DNA of 64,000 nucleotides from Desulfobulbaceae bacterium (GCA_013201405.1 JABMJC010000001.1:13878-77877); one strand, 5' to 3'; positions 19,260 to 30,038 are shown, counted from the first letter of the stretch. Notes: generated from the sequence alone by a model not told the origin. Made by a program: numbers and translations.

Positions 19260-19292
19260 AAAAAAAGCCGGAGCAGCAACATGCTCCGGCTT
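19260..19292 (-). terminator. Intrinsic terminator downstream of the FKBP gene
   Basis: 11-bp perfect stem AAGCCGGAGCA/TGCTCCGGCTT, with a T-run on the minus strand. Confidence 0.75.
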
Positions 19293-19357
19293 GAACGCAC
19301 AACCTTCAACAACATCATGCGCATCTGCTGCGCACAACTGAGTTCGACTGGCTCAGC

Positions 19358-20104
19358 TCACTTCTTTTCCTCGGGCTTGACCTCTACCTTATCTGCCTCG
19401 GTCTTGGGCTCTTCCTTGATGATCTCGAGCAATTCCACATCAAAAATCAAAAGTGCACCAGGTTCGATGGCCGGTGGTGCACCGCGGTCACCATAGGCCA
19501 GATCCGGTGGCAGATAGAGTTCGAAGGTGGAACCCACGGCCATGAGTGGCAGGGCTTCCTGCCAGCCAGGAATCACCTGGTTGACCATGAATTCGGCCGG
19601 TTCGTTACGCTTATAGGAGCTGTCAAACTCTTCATTGTCAAGGGTGCGGCCCTTGTAATGTACTCGCACCATATCTTCAGGCGTGGGCTTGGGCCCCTTG
19701 CCTTTCTTAACTATCTTGTACTGCAGGCCAGAGGCCGTGGTCTGCACCCCATCCTTGCCTTTGTTGGCAGCCAAAAAATCATCGGCAGCCTTGCGGTTCT
19801 TTTGGATCATGGCCACGGTTTTCTGCACCTGCTTGTCATGCTGCCGCTTGGCAAAGTTCTGTTGAATCTCCTGGGCTTCCTCATCGGTCAAAAGCGGTTT
19901 GGTATCGCCATAGCCATCTTTGATACCCTGTTGCACCAAATTCAGATCAAAGTTCTCTTCCAGCTCCTTGAAGTATTTACCCAGGGAGAGCCCCATGGCG
20001 TAACTGAATTTGTGTTCCTCTGTCTGCATGCTCACCTTGTCGGTGGCAAAGGCTGCGCCGGCAACCAGAAAAACACTGACAACCACTGCTGTATACCATT
20101 TCAT
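19358..20104 (-). CDS. FKBP-type peptidyl-prolyl isomerase (Mip/FkpA-like, exported)
   Basis: Signal peptide, SYAMG, TASGLQY, VRVHYKG, FDSSYKR, VIPGWQEAL, LAYG motifs. Confidence 0.93.
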   Translation of the reverse strand: MKWYTAVVVSVFLVAGAAFATDKVSMQTEEHKFSYAMGLSLGKYFKELEENFDLNLVQQGIKDGYGDTKPLLTDEEAQEIQQNFAKRQHDKQVQKTVAMIQKNRKAADDFLAANKGKDGVQTTASGLQYKIVKKGKGPKPTPEDMVRVHYKGRTLDNEEFDSSYKRNEPAEFMVNQVIPGWQEALPLMAVGSTFELYLPPDLAYGDRGAPPAIEPGALLIFDVELLEIIKEEPKTEADKVEVKPEEKK

Positions 20105-20186
20105 TCTGTCCTTACTCCTACATGTTATGAAAATATAAAAAACCGGTGTATGGGTGCTGATCACCTGCAGGCCCGGTTGACTCGTT

Positions 20187-20462
20187 TTATTGTTCGGTCC
20201 GTTCTATTTCGGTGGCCACATGCCTGCCATCCCGAACAGCAAAGTCTACTTCGACTTTGTCGCCGATTTTTAGATCAGCAAAATTTTTAAGACCATCGTC
20301 ATAATCGGTTTGAGCGTTGGTATAGAAGGTAATGCCCTGAACGACAAAGCTGGCATTTTTCGGATCAATGGAGGTGATGGCGCCTTCCACGTCATCCGCC
20401 AAGGCTGTACCAAAAACAAAAACACTACCCAAAATGGCCAAGCCAACTATCATCTTTTTCAT
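20187..20462 (-). CDS. Small exported OB-fold-like protein (DUF5666-like)
   Basis: Signal peptide ending ALA; EGAITSID..FVVQG..T.Y..L..GDKVEV..ATEIE pattern; GGAGG RBS. Confidence 0.65.
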   Translation of the reverse strand: MKKMIVGLAILGSVFVFGTALADDVEGAITSIDPKNASFVVQGITFYTNAQTDYDDGLKNFADLKIGDKVEVDFAVRDGRHVATEIERTEQ

Positions 20463-20617
20463 GATTGTTCCTCCATAAAAAAAGCATGTTTTGGAGTTGA
20501 CTGAGCAAAACCATCAAACATTTTACTTTTTTGGAGCAATGCAGCAATTGTCGAATACAGCAACAATAAGCATCAGTTGGCTTTTGTCGTATTTTTTTTG
20601 CAAGTCTTCACGCCTTC

Positions 20618-21916
20618 TCAGAAGGAACGCTTGTCGATCACCCGCTTGGCCTTGCCTTCGGAACGCTCAAGCGTCTTTTCTTCCACCAGTTTCACCTCGA
20701 TATTCACCCCGAGCTGGGAACTCAGGCGGCGCTTGATTTGATCCACGATCTCGCGTTGTTTTTTCATCTGGTCGGAAAAAAGGGATTCTGTCACCTCCAC
20801 CAGTACGGTCACCCGGTCGGCATGGTGTTCCCGTTCCACAATGATCTGGTAGTGTGGCTTGGTACCTTCCACCTCAAAGAGTGCCTTTTCAATTTGCAGC
20901 GGAAAGATGTTGACCCCTTTGATGATCAGCATGTCATCGCTGCGGCCCATTACCCGTTCCATCCGTTTGAAGCTGCGGCCGCAGGGACAGGTGCCGGGCA
21001 GGATGCGGCTCAGATCCCTGGAGCGGTAGCGGATCATGGGAAAGGCCTCCTTGGTGAGGGTAGTGATGACCAGCTCGCCCACTTCTCCTTCTGGCACGGG
21101 CTCCAGGGTGACAGGATCCAGCACCTCCACCAGGAAATGGTCCTCATTGATGTGCAGACCATTGCATTCCTGGCACTCGCCCGAAATACCCGGGCCCATT
21201 ACTTCCGATAGGCCATAGTTGTCGGTGGCTAGGATGCCCAGTTTCTGGTGGATCTCCTGTCGCATGGCTTCTGACCAGGGTTCTCCGCCAAAGAGGCCGT
21301 AGCGCAGAGAAAGGCCGCTGGGGTTGATGCCCATATCCATCATGGTATCAGCCAGGACCAGCGAATAGGAGGGTGTACTCACCAGGGCCGTGCTCTTGAA
21401 ATCCTGCATGATCTGGATTTGGCGTTTGGTATTACCCGCAGATATGGGGATGACCGAGGTGCCGATCAGCTCGGCGCCGTAGTGCAGACCAAAACCGCCA
21501 GTGAACAGGCCATAGCCAAAGGCGATTTGGATGACATCGTTCTTGCCCACGCCTGCCGCGGTAATGATGCGGGCCACCAGATTTGACCAGGTTCTGATGT
21601 CATTTTTAGTGTATCCCACTACCGTGGCCTGGCCGGTGGTGCCGGAGGAGGCGTGTACCCGCACTACATCGCGCAGGGGTACGGCAAAGAGACCATAGGG
21701 ATAGTTGTCGCGCAGATCCTGTTTGACGGTAAATGGTAGGCGGCGCAGATCATCCAGGGAGTGGATATCATCGTGGTTGACGCGCAGCTCCGCAAACTTT
21801 TTCCTGTAAAAGGGGACATGGGTGCCCACCCGGTAGAGGGTAGACTGCAGCCGTTCCAGCTGAAGCTGTTTGAGATCATCTTCTTTGATACATTCCTTGT
21901 CCGGTTCCCAGAGCAT
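20618..21916 (-). CDS. paaK: Phenylacetate--CoA ligase family protein (copy 1)
   Basis: [42 protein letters not shown]. Confidence 0.9.
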   Translation of the reverse strand: MLWEPDKECIKEDDLKQLQLERLQSTLYRVGTHVPFYRKKFAELRVNHDDIHSLDDLRRLPFTVKQDLRDNYPYGLFAVPLRDVVRVHASSGTTGQATVVGYTKNDIRTWSNLVARIITAAGVGKNDVIQIAFGYGLFTGGFGLHYGAELIGTSVIPISAGNTKRQIQIMQDFKSTALVSTPSYSLVLADTMMDMGINPSGLSLRYGLFGGEPWSEAMRQEIHQKLGILATDNYGLSEVMGPGISGECQECNGLHINEDHFLVEVLDPVTLEPVPEGEVGELVITTLTKEAFPMIRYRSRDLSRILPGTCPCGRSFKRMERVMGRSDDMLIIKGVNIFPLQIEKALFEVEGTKPHYQIIVEREHHADRVTVLVEVTESLFSDQMKKQREIVDQIKRRLSSQLGVNIEVKLVEEKTLERSEGKAKRVIDKRSF

Positions 21917-21990
21917 AGCGGTTGAATTTGTATAAAGGTTTGTAAAGGATTGTGGTACTGACAGGCGAAGAATGGCCGGCCAGCCACAGC

Positions 21991-22716
21991 TCAGCCTATT
22001 TGTTCCCTGCCCAGATAGGCCCGTTGCACATCGTTGTTGGCCAAAAGTTCTGCAGCCTTGCCCTGCACAATGATTTTGCCGGTTTCCAACACATAACCAC
22101 GGTCGGCAATGTCCAGCGCAGCCCGGGCGTTTTGTTCAATGAGCAGCACGGTGTTGCCTTCGGCACGGAGCTGGGCAATAATGGTGAAAATTTCCCGCAC
22201 AATGAGTGGAGCCAGGCCGGTGGAGGGTTCATCCATCATCACTAGACGCGGTTTGGCCATGAGCGCGCGCGCCATGGCCAGCATCTGCTGCTCGCCACCC
22301 GAAAGTGTGCCGGCCAGCTGGCTGCGCCTGGCCTGGAGCACGGGAAAACGGGCGTATTGCTGCTCCATCTGGCTCCGCAGGGCTGCTGTACCGTTTCTTT
22401 TACGCAGGATGGAGCCGCCCAGCAACAGATTGTCTTCCACGCTCATGGAGGCAAAGACTTGGCGTCCTTCCGGCACCAGCACACAGCCCAGGGCAGCCAT
22501 GACCTCGGCTGGAGTACGGGTGATATCCTCTTCCTGGAAGAACAGGTCTCCCCGCCAGGGTTTAAGTAAGCCGGCCACCACATGCACGAGGGTGGTCTTG
22601 CCTGCCCCGTTGGCGCCGATGATGGCGACAATTTCCCCTGACCGCACATGCAGAGAGATATTTTTCAGCACCCGCAGCTGCCCATAGCCGCTTTCCAGGT
22701 TACGGATGGTCAGCAT
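21991..22716 (-). CDS. livF: HAAT-type ABC transporter ATPase (LivF-like)
   Basis: [33 protein letters not shown]. Confidence 0.9.
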   Translation of the reverse strand: MLTIRNLESGYGQLRVLKNISLHVRSGEIVAIIGANGAGKTTLVHVVAGLLKPWRGDLFFQEEDITRTPAEVMAALGCVLVPEGRQVFASMSVEDNLLLGGSILRKRNGTAALRSQMEQQYARFPVLQARRSQLAGTLSGGEQQMLAMARALMAKPRLVMMDEPSTGLAPLIVREIFTIIAQLRAEGNTVLLIEQNARAALDIADRGYVLETGKIIVQGKAAELLANNDVQRAYLGREQIG

Positions 22717-22764
22717 GGCTGCAGCTCCTGATGGCCTGGGCTGAAGCGCCGGGCAACTGTGCTT

Positions 22765-23532
22765 TTATCTGGCCGGTTCATGGTCCTCCCCCAGATAGGC
22801 AGCGATGACCTCGGGATTGCGCTGAATGTTCGTGGGACTGTCCTCTGCCAGCTTGCGGCCTGAACTGAGCACCACGATTTCATCGCAAATATCCATGACC
22901 AAGGACATATCGTGCTCCACCAAGAGTACGGTGATGTTCTGTTCCCGGATTGTTGTAATCAGACGGCCAAGTTCTGCGGTTTCGTAGATGTTGAGGCCGG
23001 CTGCGGGTTCATCTAAGAGCAGCAGCTGCGGATCAGCAGCCAGGGCCCGGGCCAGCTCCACTGCCCGTTGCTGGCCAAAGGCGAGGGCATCTGTGGGACT
23101 GTGGGCAAGATCTGCGATATTTAAAAATTCGAGACAGGCCATACTTTTATCCCGAATGGCCGCCTCTTCTCGCCGGTGTTTGGGCAGGGGCAGCATGCCG
23201 GCGAGGAAGCCGGCCCGGCCCCTGGTATGTGCCCCCACCATCACACATTCCAGCACCTTCATACCGCTAAAGAGCTTGATGTTTTGAAAGGTGCGGGCAA
23301 TGCCCAGGGCAGCGGTCTGATAGGCTTTGAGCCCTTGAATCTCCCGGCCATTCAAGCGGATGCTCCCACTGCTGAGCGGGGTGTTGCAGGCAATTAGGTT
23401 AAAGAGTGTGCTTTTGCCTGCGCCATTGGGGCCGATCACCCCCTTGATGCAGCCGGTGGCCACGGTGAAACTAACATTGTCCACCGCTTGCAGGCCGCCA
23501 AAATGTTTGTGCACTTTGTGTAGTTCGAGCAT
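22765..23532 (-). CDS. livG: HAAT-type ABC transporter ATPase (LivG-like)
   Basis: True start MLELHKVHKHFGGL at 23532; GPNGAGKST, ARTFQN, DEPAAGL, VEHDM. Confidence 0.9.
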   Translation of the reverse strand: MLELHKVHKHFGGLQAVDNVSFTVATGCIKGVIGPNGAGKSTLFNLIACNTPLSSGSIRLNGREIQGLKAYQTAALGIARTFQNIKLFSGMKVLECVMVGAHTRGRAGFLAGMLPLPKHRREEAAIRDKSMACLEFLNIADLAHSPTDALAFGQQRAVELARALAADPQLLLLDEPAAGLNIYETAELGRLITTIREQNITVLLVEHDMSLVMDICDEIVVLSSGRKLAEDSPTNIQRNPEVIAAYLGEDHEPAR

Positions 23533-23540
23533 GGGGGCTC

Positions 23541-24647
23541 TCAGCTCTGTCTGTGGCGAGTGGCGGGCCACAGGCGTCGCCAGGGAATGCGGTTGCTCAA
23601 CTGCAACAGGCCGCCAGGTGCAAAGAGCATCACTGCCAAAAGAATCAGGCCAAAAACCGCATCGTCGTAGCTGCCAAAGACCCCGCGCAGGGAGAGAAAG
23701 GACAGGCCAACTCCCATAATCAATGCACCCCAGAGGCTGGTCATACCGCCAACAGCCACCAGGGCGACATAGCGTACCGATTTCATCACCGTGGCCTCCT
23801 CCGGGCCTATACCCTCGTTGAAGTGGGTGAGCAGTACACCGGCCAGGGCGGCGTAGACCGCGCTGAGTACAAAGACCTGCAGCTTGGCGCGGCTGGTATC
23901 CACGCCACAGGCCTCGGCTGCTTCTTCTGAGCCGTGCAGGGCACGCAGGGCCCGGCCCGAGCGGGAACGGGTCATCAGGTTGAGCAACAGCAGCAGTCCC
24001 AAGAGCAGCACGGTCCAGGCTACATAGTAGTTGAAGATACGCAGGTTGCTCTCCCCGGTGATCATGATAGCCCCTGGGCTGAGTAAGCCTGCGGGCAACA
24101 GCACAAAGCCAGGCACCTGGGAGATGCCGTCTGCTTCGCCGAAGGCGGGCAGTGCCAACACCATGCGGTAAATAATGGTGCCAAAACCCAAGGTGGCCAT
24201 GGCCAGGTAATGTCCGCGCAGCTTGAGTACCGGTACGCCTAATACCAGGGCGACCAGGGCAGCCACGGTAATGGCGGCAAGGCCGGCCGTCCATGGGGCA
24301 CAGGTGAGCAGGCTCTCGCCATAGAGATTTTCCCAGGTGAAGAGCAAGCCGGCCTGCTTGAGTAGTCCGACCACCGGGCTGGCGGCAAAGGGGGTAAGGT
24401 CGTAGGTGGTCAGCAGGGCAGAGATATAGCCGCCAATGGCGAAAAAGCCTGCGTGGCCGATGGAGATCTGGCCGGCATACCCCATGAGCGCACAGAGTCC
24501 GATGACCACCAGGCCGTAATAGGCGGCCATGGTCAGTTGAGTAAGGTAGTACTCGGTGCCGGTTATGCTGGTGAAAAACTGCACCAGGACCACGGCCGCA
24601 ACCAACAGGCCCAGCTTGGCCTGGGATGTGCGCATCTGTCCCACCAT
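23541..24647 (-). CDS. livM: HAAT-type ABC transporter permease (LivM-like)
   Basis: MGYAGQISIGHAGFF, LRGHYLAMATL, SGRALRA; TAATG overlap with livH. Confidence 0.88.
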   Translation of the reverse strand: MVGQMRTSQAKLGLLVAAVVLVQFFTSITGTEYYLTQLTMAAYYGLVVIGLCALMGYAGQISIGHAGFFAIGGYISALLTTYDLTPFAASPVVGLLKQAGLLFTWENLYGESLLTCAPWTAGLAAITVAALVALVLGVPVLKLRGHYLAMATLGFGTIIYRMVLALPAFGEADGISQVPGFVLLPAGLLSPGAIMITGESNLRIFNYYVAWTVLLLGLLLLLNLMTRSRSGRALRALHGSEEAAEACGVDTSRAKLQVFVLSAVYAALAGVLLTHFNEGIGPEEATVMKSVRYVALVAVGGMTSLWGALIMGVGLSFLSLRGVFGSYDDAVFGLILLAVMLFAPGGLLQLSNRIPWRRLWPATRHRQS

Positions 24648-25537
24648 TAGAATGCCTTGAGCCGGGCGACCGCAGATGAGCCGAACAAGCCGTGGGGCTT
24701 GATGAACAGGATGAGTAAAAGCAGGCTGACAGCCACTGCATCCTGAAAGGCTAAAGGTACCAGGGTGATGGAAAAGGCTTCGAGGATACCCAAGAGCAAA
24801 CCAGCCGCGACTGCCGCCATGGAGTTGCCCAGACCGCCGAGGATGGCGGCGGTAAAACCCTTGAGAGCCAGGGCTGCGCCCGAGTCGTACTGGGTGTAGG
24901 TGATGGGCGAGATCATGCAGCCGGCCAGGGCGCCCATGCCTGCGCTGAGCACAAAGGAAAGGGTGACCATGTTGCGGGTCTTGATGCCGCACAGGGCTGC
25001 AGCAGTACGGTTCACCGCGCAGGCACGCATTTCCCGGCCAAGGGTGCTGCGGTTGAAAAACAGGTGCAGCGCAGCCACCATGCAGCCACAGGCTAAAAGC
25101 ACCCAGACAACTTGCGGCGACAGACGCACCGGGCCGAATGTCCAGGCAGTGATGGCGTCGCCATAAAAGTATGGCAGGCTACGGATACCCTCACCCCATA
25201 TGTGCAGCGCCCCCTCACGGAGCAGGATGGATATGCCGATGGTGATGATGAGCATCTGCAGGATGCTGGGTTGACGCAACCAACGGATGCAGCACAGTTC
25301 CATGAGCGCGCCAATAAGCATGGTCAGGGCAACAGCCGCGGCAATGGCCCAGGCAAGCGGCAGCCACTGGACGAGGCTGATGGCGATCATGCCGCCCAGC
25401 ATAACGAATTCGCCCTGGGCAAAATTGATGATGCCAGTGCTGTTGTAGATGATGTTGAAGCCAACGGCAACCACCGCATACACTGCACCGTAGGTAATAC
25501 CAGCGACCAGGTACTGGAAAAAAAGCTCAAGACTCAT
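24647..25537 (-). CDS. livH: HAAT-type ABC transporter permease (LivH-like)
   Basis: INFAQGEF, GREMRA, ALKGFTAAILGGLG. Confidence 0.88.
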   Translation of the reverse strand: MSLELFFQYLVAGITYGAVYAVVAVGFNIIYNSTGIINFAQGEFVMLGGMIAISLVQWLPLAWAIAAAVALTMLIGALMELCCIRWLRQPSILQMLIITIGISILLREGALHIWGEGIRSLPYFYGDAITAWTFGPVRLSPQVVWVLLACGCMVAALHLFFNRSTLGREMRACAVNRTAAALCGIKTRNMVTLSFVLSAGMGALAGCMISPITYTQYDSGAALALKGFTAAILGGLGNSMAAVAAGLLLGILEAFSITLVPLAFQDAVAVSLLLLILFIKPHGLFGSSAVARLKAF

Positions 25538-25575
25538 GGCGGACTGTGCAAGCTGCTGATGCTGGCCAAAATACC

Positions 25576-26007
25576 TCAGGTAGCGCAGATTTCATGGCTG
25601 GAGACCAGGGCAAAGTCTTTTTCCTTGAGCATGGCCACGGCACCGGGCATATCGTCGAAGCGAAAGATCATGACCGCGCTGCCGTCGGCCCGGTGGGCGT
25701 AGGCATACATGTACTCCACATTGTAGCCGCCTTCGGTCACAGTGCGGAGCACTTCGGCTAGACCACCCACGCGGTCGGGCACAGCCACGGCCACCACATC
25801 GGTTTTGCTGACCGTAAATCCGCCATTTTTCAACACTTCCTGTGCTTTTTCCACATGATTGACAATCAGGCGCAGGATGCCAAAATCAGCGGTATCGGCC
25901 ACGGAAAGTGCCCGGATATTGATGTCGTTGGCTGCCAGAATCGAGGTGATCTCAGCCAGGCGGCCGGATTTGTTTTCGAGAAAAACGGCAATTTGTTCAA
26001 CCTGCAT
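25576..26007 (-). CDS. Tandem ACT-domain protein
   Basis: FLENKSGRLA..INIRALS..FGILRLIV; second ACT VPDRVGGLA..NVEYMY. Confidence 0.88.
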   Translation of the reverse strand: MQVEQIAVFLENKSGRLAEITSILAANDINIRALSVADTADFGILRLIVNHVEKAQEVLKNGGFTVSKTDVVAVAVPDRVGGLAEVLRTVTEGGYNVEYMYAYAHRADGSAVMIFRFDDMPGAVAMLKEKDFALVSSHEICAT

Positions 26008-26084
26008 GGTGCCTCCCGAATAAAGATGTGGGCATGGGGTGTGACAGAAGTCCTTGGTCCCTGCTCTGGTTGGTCACTAGCCTC

Positions 26085-27386
26085 CTACTGGGCACGCCGA
26101 TCAATGACCCGTTGCGCCTTGCCTTCGGAGCGCTGGATACTGCGGGGTTCAACCAGTCTCACCTGGCAACTTACCCCGAGCATGTCTTTTATTTCCCTTT
26201 GAATGCTTCTGGTCAAATGTTCCAATACTTTGATTTCTCCTGAAAAAACGCGCTCACTCACCTCCACCAGCACGGCCATCACATCCAGGCTGCCATCCCG
26301 GCTCACCTCGATCTGATAATGCGGTTCCACGCCGTTGATGCCCATGAGCACATGTTCCACCTGCGAGGGGAACACGTTCACCCCGCGGATAATCAGCATA
26401 TCATCGCTGCGGCCACTGACTTTGGCCATGCGCACCAGGCTGCGGCCGCAGTCGCAGGGCTCAAGCGTGAGGCGGGAAATATCCTTGGTGCGGTAACGGA
26501 TCAGCGGCAGGGCTTCCTTGGTCAGGGTGGTGAAAACCAATTCGCCCTCTGTTTCCAGCGGTTGGGTTTCCAAGGTATCTGGGTTGATGATTTCCGGCAG
26601 GAAATTGTCCTCCAGGATGTGCATGCCTTGCCTGGAATGCAGGCATTCCATGGCCACGCCCGGGCCGATTATTTCAGAAAGTCCGTAGATATCGACTGCC
26701 CGCAGGCCGAGTTTGCGCTCCACCTCTTCGCGCATGTTCACGCTCCAGGGTTCAGCCCCGTGGATACCCACCCGCAGTTTCAGATCACCTGGATCAATGC
26801 CTGCGTCCTGCATGGCATCTGCCAGATTGAGGGCATAGGATGGGGTGGAAAGCAGCACGGTTGAGCCAAAGTCGCGCATAATAGTGATTTGGCGTTTGGA
26901 GTTGCCCCCGGACACTGGTATAACCGTGGCACCCAAGGCCTCGATACCGTAGTGTGCCCCCAGGCCGCCGGTGAACAGTCCATAACCATAGGCATTGTGT
27001 ACCAGATCACCGCGATGGACGCCAGCCATGGCCAGGCAACGGGCCATCACCGCAGACCAGAGCTGAATATCGGTCATGGTGTAACCCACCACCGTGGGTT
27101 TGCCGGTGGTGCCGGAAGAGGCGTGCAGGCGGATGACCTCCTCCATGGGCACAGCGAACAGCCCGTAGGGGTAGTTGTCGCGCAGATCCTCCTTGGTGGT
27201 GAAGGGTAAATGCTGCAGATCGTCTAAGGTGCGGATGTCTTCAGGCTTGATGCCAGCCTGCTCCATCTTTTTCCGGTATGGCGGCACACTGGCATAGACC
27301 CGCGTCACCAGTGCCTGCAGACGCTGCAGCTGAATGGACTCTAGCCCTGTCCTGGGCAAGGTTTCTATTTCATCAATCCCGATCAT
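26085..27386 (-). CDS. paaK: Phenylacetate--CoA ligase family protein (copy 2)
   Basis: [50 protein letters not shown]. Confidence 0.9.
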   Translation of the reverse strand: MIGIDEIETLPRTGLESIQLQRLQALVTRVYASVPPYRKKMEQAGIKPEDIRTLDDLQHLPFTTKEDLRDNYPYGLFAVPMEEVIRLHASSGTTGKPTVVGYTMTDIQLWSAVMARCLAMAGVHRGDLVHNAYGYGLFTGGLGAHYGIEALGATVIPVSGGNSKRQITIMRDFGSTVLLSTPSYALNLADAMQDAGIDPGDLKLRVGIHGAEPWSVNMREEVERKLGLRAVDIYGLSEIIGPGVAMECLHSRQGMHILEDNFLPEIINPDTLETQPLETEGELVFTTLTKEALPLIRYRTKDISRLTLEPCDCGRSLVRMAKVSGRSDDMLIIRGVNVFPSQVEHVLMGINGVEPHYQIEVSRDGSLDVMAVLVEVSERVFSGEIKVLEHLTRSIQREIKDMLGVSCQVRLVEPRSIQRSEGKAQRVIDRRAQ

Positions 27387-27419
27387 GAACGCCTCATGTA
27401 ATACCGTTTTGCCGACCGT

Positions 27420-28004
27420 TCAGGCATGCACCGCTGCCCGTCCAGCTAGAAAGGCCTTTTTATTCACCCTGCGGAACTGCTCCTTCACGGTTGTATCGAT
27501 CACCTGTAGAAAAATTTCCTGATCAACAGCCAAAAAGTTGGACATGGCGCCCACCATGGCCACATTGACCGTGAGAAGTTCTCCTGCCTCCTGGGCTACG
27601 GCAAGGGCATCAATGACCACCACATTAATCTGGCGCGATCTCAGTTCGTCAAGAATATTGGCAGGATATTCAGCCTTGCCCAAGGCCACCGCAGGCGGCA
27701 GGATTTTCTGGGTATTGACCACCACTGCACTGTCTTTATGCAAATAGGGTAGGTAGCGGGCTGCCTCCAAAATTTCAAAGGCCACAAGAATATCTGCAGC
27801 ACCGGGATCAATTAAAGGAGAATATACTTTCTCCCCGTAGCGCAGGTGCGCCTCCACCGAACCGCCCCGTTGGGCCATGCCGTGTACTTCACTTTTTTTC
27901 ACATCAAAGCCAGCGGCCAGTTGGGCATGGGCGGTGAGTTCACTGGCCAGCAGGATGCCCTGGCCGCCAACTCCGGTAAAGAGGATATTGCCACTTGGTT
28001 TCAT
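27420..28004 (-). CDS. iorB: Indolepyruvate:ferredoxin oxidoreductase beta subunit
   Basis: GVGGQGILLAS, SEVHGMAQRGGSV; start MKPSGN at 28004 overlaps the iorA stop. Confidence 0.92.
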   Translation of the reverse strand: MKPSGNILFTGVGGQGILLASELTAHAQLAAGFDVKKSEVHGMAQRGGSVEAHLRYGEKVYSPLIDPGAADILVAFEILEAARYLPYLHKDSAVVVNTQKILPPAVALGKAEYPANILDELRSRQINVVVIDALAVAQEAGELLTVNVAMVGAMSNFLAVDQEIFLQVIDTTVKEQFRRVNKKAFLAGRAAVHA

Positions 28005-29818
28005 GCGCCTTCCTCCTCGTAACGGGTGATGGCTTCGAACTTGCAAACCGCTGCGCACTGGCCGCAGCCATTACATTGCAGTTCAGTGATGCGAGCAAAG
28101 CCCTTTTGTTTTTCACGGTAGCCCCGGGCCACGGCTTCCTCCGGGCCAAGCGGTGTCCAGCTGATGGCTGGGCAGCCCATCTGTACACACAGGGTACAGC
28201 CGGTACAGTTTTCCGTTTTGGTGTAATAGACTGGTTTTTTACGCCGCGCCTCCTCCGGCAAAAGCACACAGGGTGCGCGGCTGATGATCACCGAGAGATC
28301 CGGCGAGGCGATTTCCTCTTTTAAGACCTCACGGGTGGCCTCCACATCGTGCGGGTTGACCACCACCACCCTGGGCACGCCCAGGGCCTGGCAAAGTTTT
28401 TCCAGATCGAGCTGGGGGGCGACATCACCATGGATGCCCTTGCCGCTGGCCGGATTGGGTTGATGCCCGGTCATGGCCGTGGTGCGGTTATCCAGGATGA
28501 TCACCGAGGCGTAGGAGCTGTTGTAGACTGCGTTCAAAAGGCCGGTGATACCGGAGTGCATGAAGGTGGAGTCACCCAGTACGGCCACCACCTTACCAGT
28601 GCCGCTATCCCCCAGGGCTTTGGCCATGCCGTGGGCCACCGTGATTGAGGCGCCCATGCAGACGCAGGCATCTATGGCGGAAAGGGGTGGTAAGAATCCG
28701 AGGGTGTAGCAGCCAATATCGCCCGACACAAAGACATCCTTCATCTTGGACAGGCCGTAGAAAATGCCCCGGTGCGGGCAGCCAGCACACATGTTAGGCG
28801 GCCGCATCGGCAGCTCGAGCGGTTTGAAGGGTTCGCCCACCGAGTCGGGCTCAATGGCCTTGCGCACCAGAAAAGAGTTCAGCTCACCCCGGCTGGGAAT
28901 CAGATCCTTACCATGGCAGGTTATGCCCATGGCCTTGATGTGCGTCTCCAGAAAGGGATCAAGCTCTTCCACGACCATCAATTCGTCCACGCTGGCAGCA
29001 AATTCCCGAATTTTCTGCTCGGGAAGTGGCCAAACCATGCCCAGTTTCAGCACCGGCGCCTTGGGAAAGGCCTCTTTTACATAGTTGTAAGCAACTCCTG
29101 CGCAGATAAAGCCCCGCCGACCCTCTCCGGGTTCAATCCGGTTTTCGGGCAAAGTTTCGGCCAGCTCGCGCATCTTGGCCATGCGCTCCTCCATGGCCAG
29201 CCTGCGCAGTTTGGCCAGGCCGGGCAGCATCACCAGTTTGGCCGGAGTTTTTTCTATGCTCGGCTCGGGTGTTTGCTGGCGCTCACCCTTGGGCACCACC
29301 CCTTTCACATGGGCAATGCGGGTAGTGGTGCGCAGCAGCACCGGGGTATCCAGTTCTTCGCTTAAGCTGTAGGCGCGCTGCATCATGGAGCGCGCCTCGG
29401 CCGGATCGGATGGCTCCAGCATGGGCATCTTGGCGGCAAAGGCGTAGTTGCGGTTATCCTGCTCGTTTTGGGAGCTGTGCATCTCCGGATCGTCGGCAGT
29501 AATGATGACCAGACCACCGCGCACTCCGGTATAGGCAGAGGTGAAGAGCGGGTCTGCCGCTACGTTCAGGCCCACGTGTTTCATGGTGGCGAGCGCGCGT
29601 GCACCGGCAAAGGAGGCACCGAGAGCCACCTCCAGTCCCGCCTTTTCGTTGGGTGCCCATTCGGTATACACGCCCTCGTAGCCGGCAAGATTTTCCATGA
29701 TTTCCGTGGATGGCGTTCCCGGGTAGCCGGAGGCAACCCGTACCCCTGCCTCCCAGGCGCCAAGCGCGATGGCCTCGTTACCGGAAAGCCAGAGTTGTTC
29801 TTGCAGTTCCTCTGCCAT
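28001..29818 (-). CDS. iorA: Indolepyruvate:ferredoxin oxidoreductase alpha subunit
   Basis: GYPGTPSTE, MKHVGLNVAAD, CAGCPH, GDSTF.HSG ThDP motif, two ferredoxin-type Cys motifs (CTGCTLC, CNGCGQC). Confidence 0.94.
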   Translation of the reverse strand: MAEELQEQLWLSGNEAIALGAWEAGVRVASGYPGTPSTEIMENLAGYEGVYTEWAPNEKAGLEVALGASFAGARALATMKHVGLNVAADPLFTSAYTGVRGGLVIITADDPEMHSSQNEQDNRNYAFAAKMPMLEPSDPAEARSMMQRAYSLSEELDTPVLLRTTTRIAHVKGVVPKGERQQTPEPSIEKTPAKLVMLPGLAKLRRLAMEERMAKMRELAETLPENRIEPGEGRRGFICAGVAYNYVKEAFPKAPVLKLGMVWPLPEQKIREFAASVDELMVVEELDPFLETHIKAMGITCHGKDLIPSRGELNSFLVRKAIEPDSVGEPFKPLELPMRPPNMCAGCPHRGIFYGLSKMKDVFVSGDIGCYTLGFLPPLSAIDACVCMGASITVAHGMAKALGDSGTGKVVAVLGDSTFMHSGITGLLNAVYNSSYASVIILDNRTTAMTGHQPNPASGKGIHGDVAPQLDLEKLCQALGVPRVVVVNPHDVEATREVLKEEIASPDLSVIISRAPCVLLPEEARRKKPVYYTKTENCTGCTLCVQMGCPAISWTPLGPEEAVARGYREKQKGFARITELQCNGCGQCAAVCKFEAITRYEEEGA

Positions 29819-30038
29819 AATTTGTTACTCCTTGCCCGCAGCGAGTGGATTGGATCGTGGGTTGGCGTCACCGATGGTGCAACAGGCCCGAAACATAGCT
29901 GCTTTTGTCTGTAGTGTGAATGTTTTGCAGGAAGGCATCCATACTCCTTCTGCCCCTTTTACAGCAAGCCTTTTCCAGCATCTGGAACTGCGCCGCCTGA
30001 TTTTACCCAGGGATGCAGCTGCATGGAGTTGGCTTTTT

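Noticed and set aside
22765-24741. 658-aa ORF suggesting a permease-ATPase fusion
   Set aside because: The upstream part is a low-complexity off-frame overlap of livM; the real LivG starts at 23532
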